Sequence record: NZ_CP123987.1
Reading direction: 5' to 3' (one strand)
DNA: 64,000 bases
DNA from: a plasmid
In this document: one piece after another, positions 63,681-64,000 of the stretch
Position numbering within the stretch: position 1 is the first letter of the stretch
Layout: each line of letters begins with the position of its first letter
Translations under genes and position numbers: made by a program
The notes under the pieces: model-generated
Databases searched by the model: none
Seen by the model: only the letters and a program-made list of their open reading frames with translations
What the model was told of the DNA's origin: nothing

Positions 63681-63971
63681 TTATTTGTCTAATCTATCTA
63701 AAATTTCTTTAGCCACTTCATGATTAGTATACATCCAGAAAATGTGACCCAATACTTCTGACAAGTGTTCTTCTAAAGGTTGACGTTTAGCACTTGGAAT
63801 AGTCTTCATAGCTGGCATAATTACCAAGTGGAAAGCGATCCACATAGCTACACCAAATGGAATACCTTGTTTCTTAGTTAACCAATTCATTTTCTTTTCC
63901 AATGCTAATGCATATGTTGTCGCAAAAGTTACTGAAAATCCAAAGTGAATTAGGAAACTAGCCCATGGCAT
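63681..63971 (-). CDS. hypothetical membrane protein (96 aa)
   Basis: ORF track; hydrophobic N-terminus. Confidence 0.35.
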   Translation of the reverse strand: MPWASFLIHFGFSVTFATTYALALEKKMNWLTKKQGIPFGVAMWIAFHLVIMPAMKTIPSAKRQPLEEHLSEVLGHIFWMYTNHEVAKEILDRLDK

Positions 63972-64000
63972 TCTATGACCAGAATATTTATAAGTTGATT

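Noticed and set aside
1-64000. CRISPR arrays, tRNA or rRNA genes, intact IS elements or transposases
   Set aside because: No spaced direct repeats, cloverleaf candidates, rRNA-like segments or transposase ORFs were seen. The only recombinase-like gene is the degenerate XerD-like ORF.

Overview
Low-GC Firmicute DNA, Lactobacillaceae-like. My best guess is a Ligilactobacillus salivarius-type replicon, possibly a megaplasmid. The basis is that the two-peptide bacteriocin prepeptides at 56.8-57.2 kb match, from memory, ABP-118/salivaricin P of that species; this is unverified. The backbone is ordinary metabolism: rpiA-rpe, patatin-like lipase, pflA-pflB, a VIT-family transporter, the sufCDSUB operon, an OppA-like binding protein, ldhD, an FSA/transaldolase, a complete sorbitol (gut/srl) PTS operon, an MFS transporter, an NPD/FabK-like oxidoreductase, adhE, class-3 fbp, a HAD hydrolase, and an aminotransferase plus C-N hydrolase pair. 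Two accessory islands stand out. (1) 17.1-29.3 kb holds a complete nisin-type class I lantibiotic cluster in the order A-B-T-C-R-K-F-E-G on the minus strand. The 59-aa precursor gene is not in the ORF track and has a nisin-like core. There are no nisI or nisP homologues. lanC carries an in-frame TAG, and the lanR/lanK junction looks deleted or fused. (2) 50.7-59.9 kb holds an ABP-118/lactacin-F-family class IIb locus: an immunity-like gene, alpha and beta peptides, an unannotated GG-leader induction peptide, an AgrC-type kinase frameshifted in an A7 run, and a LytTR regulator. It also has a second GG-leader peptide and a secreted CxxC thioredoxin-like protein. No C39 ABC exporter or accessory gene is present where expected; a degenerate XerD-like gene and small ORFs sit there instead. 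Other points: a large LPXTG adhesin broken by a homopolymer frameshift, with 300-bp tandem repeats; a 36-aa Cys-rich ORF (QCCCLVTCC) whose RBS can pair with its own 3' end; a palindromic intergenic element at two loci; several long perfect palindromes; and many hairpin terminators. No tRNA, rRNA or CRISPR was seen.
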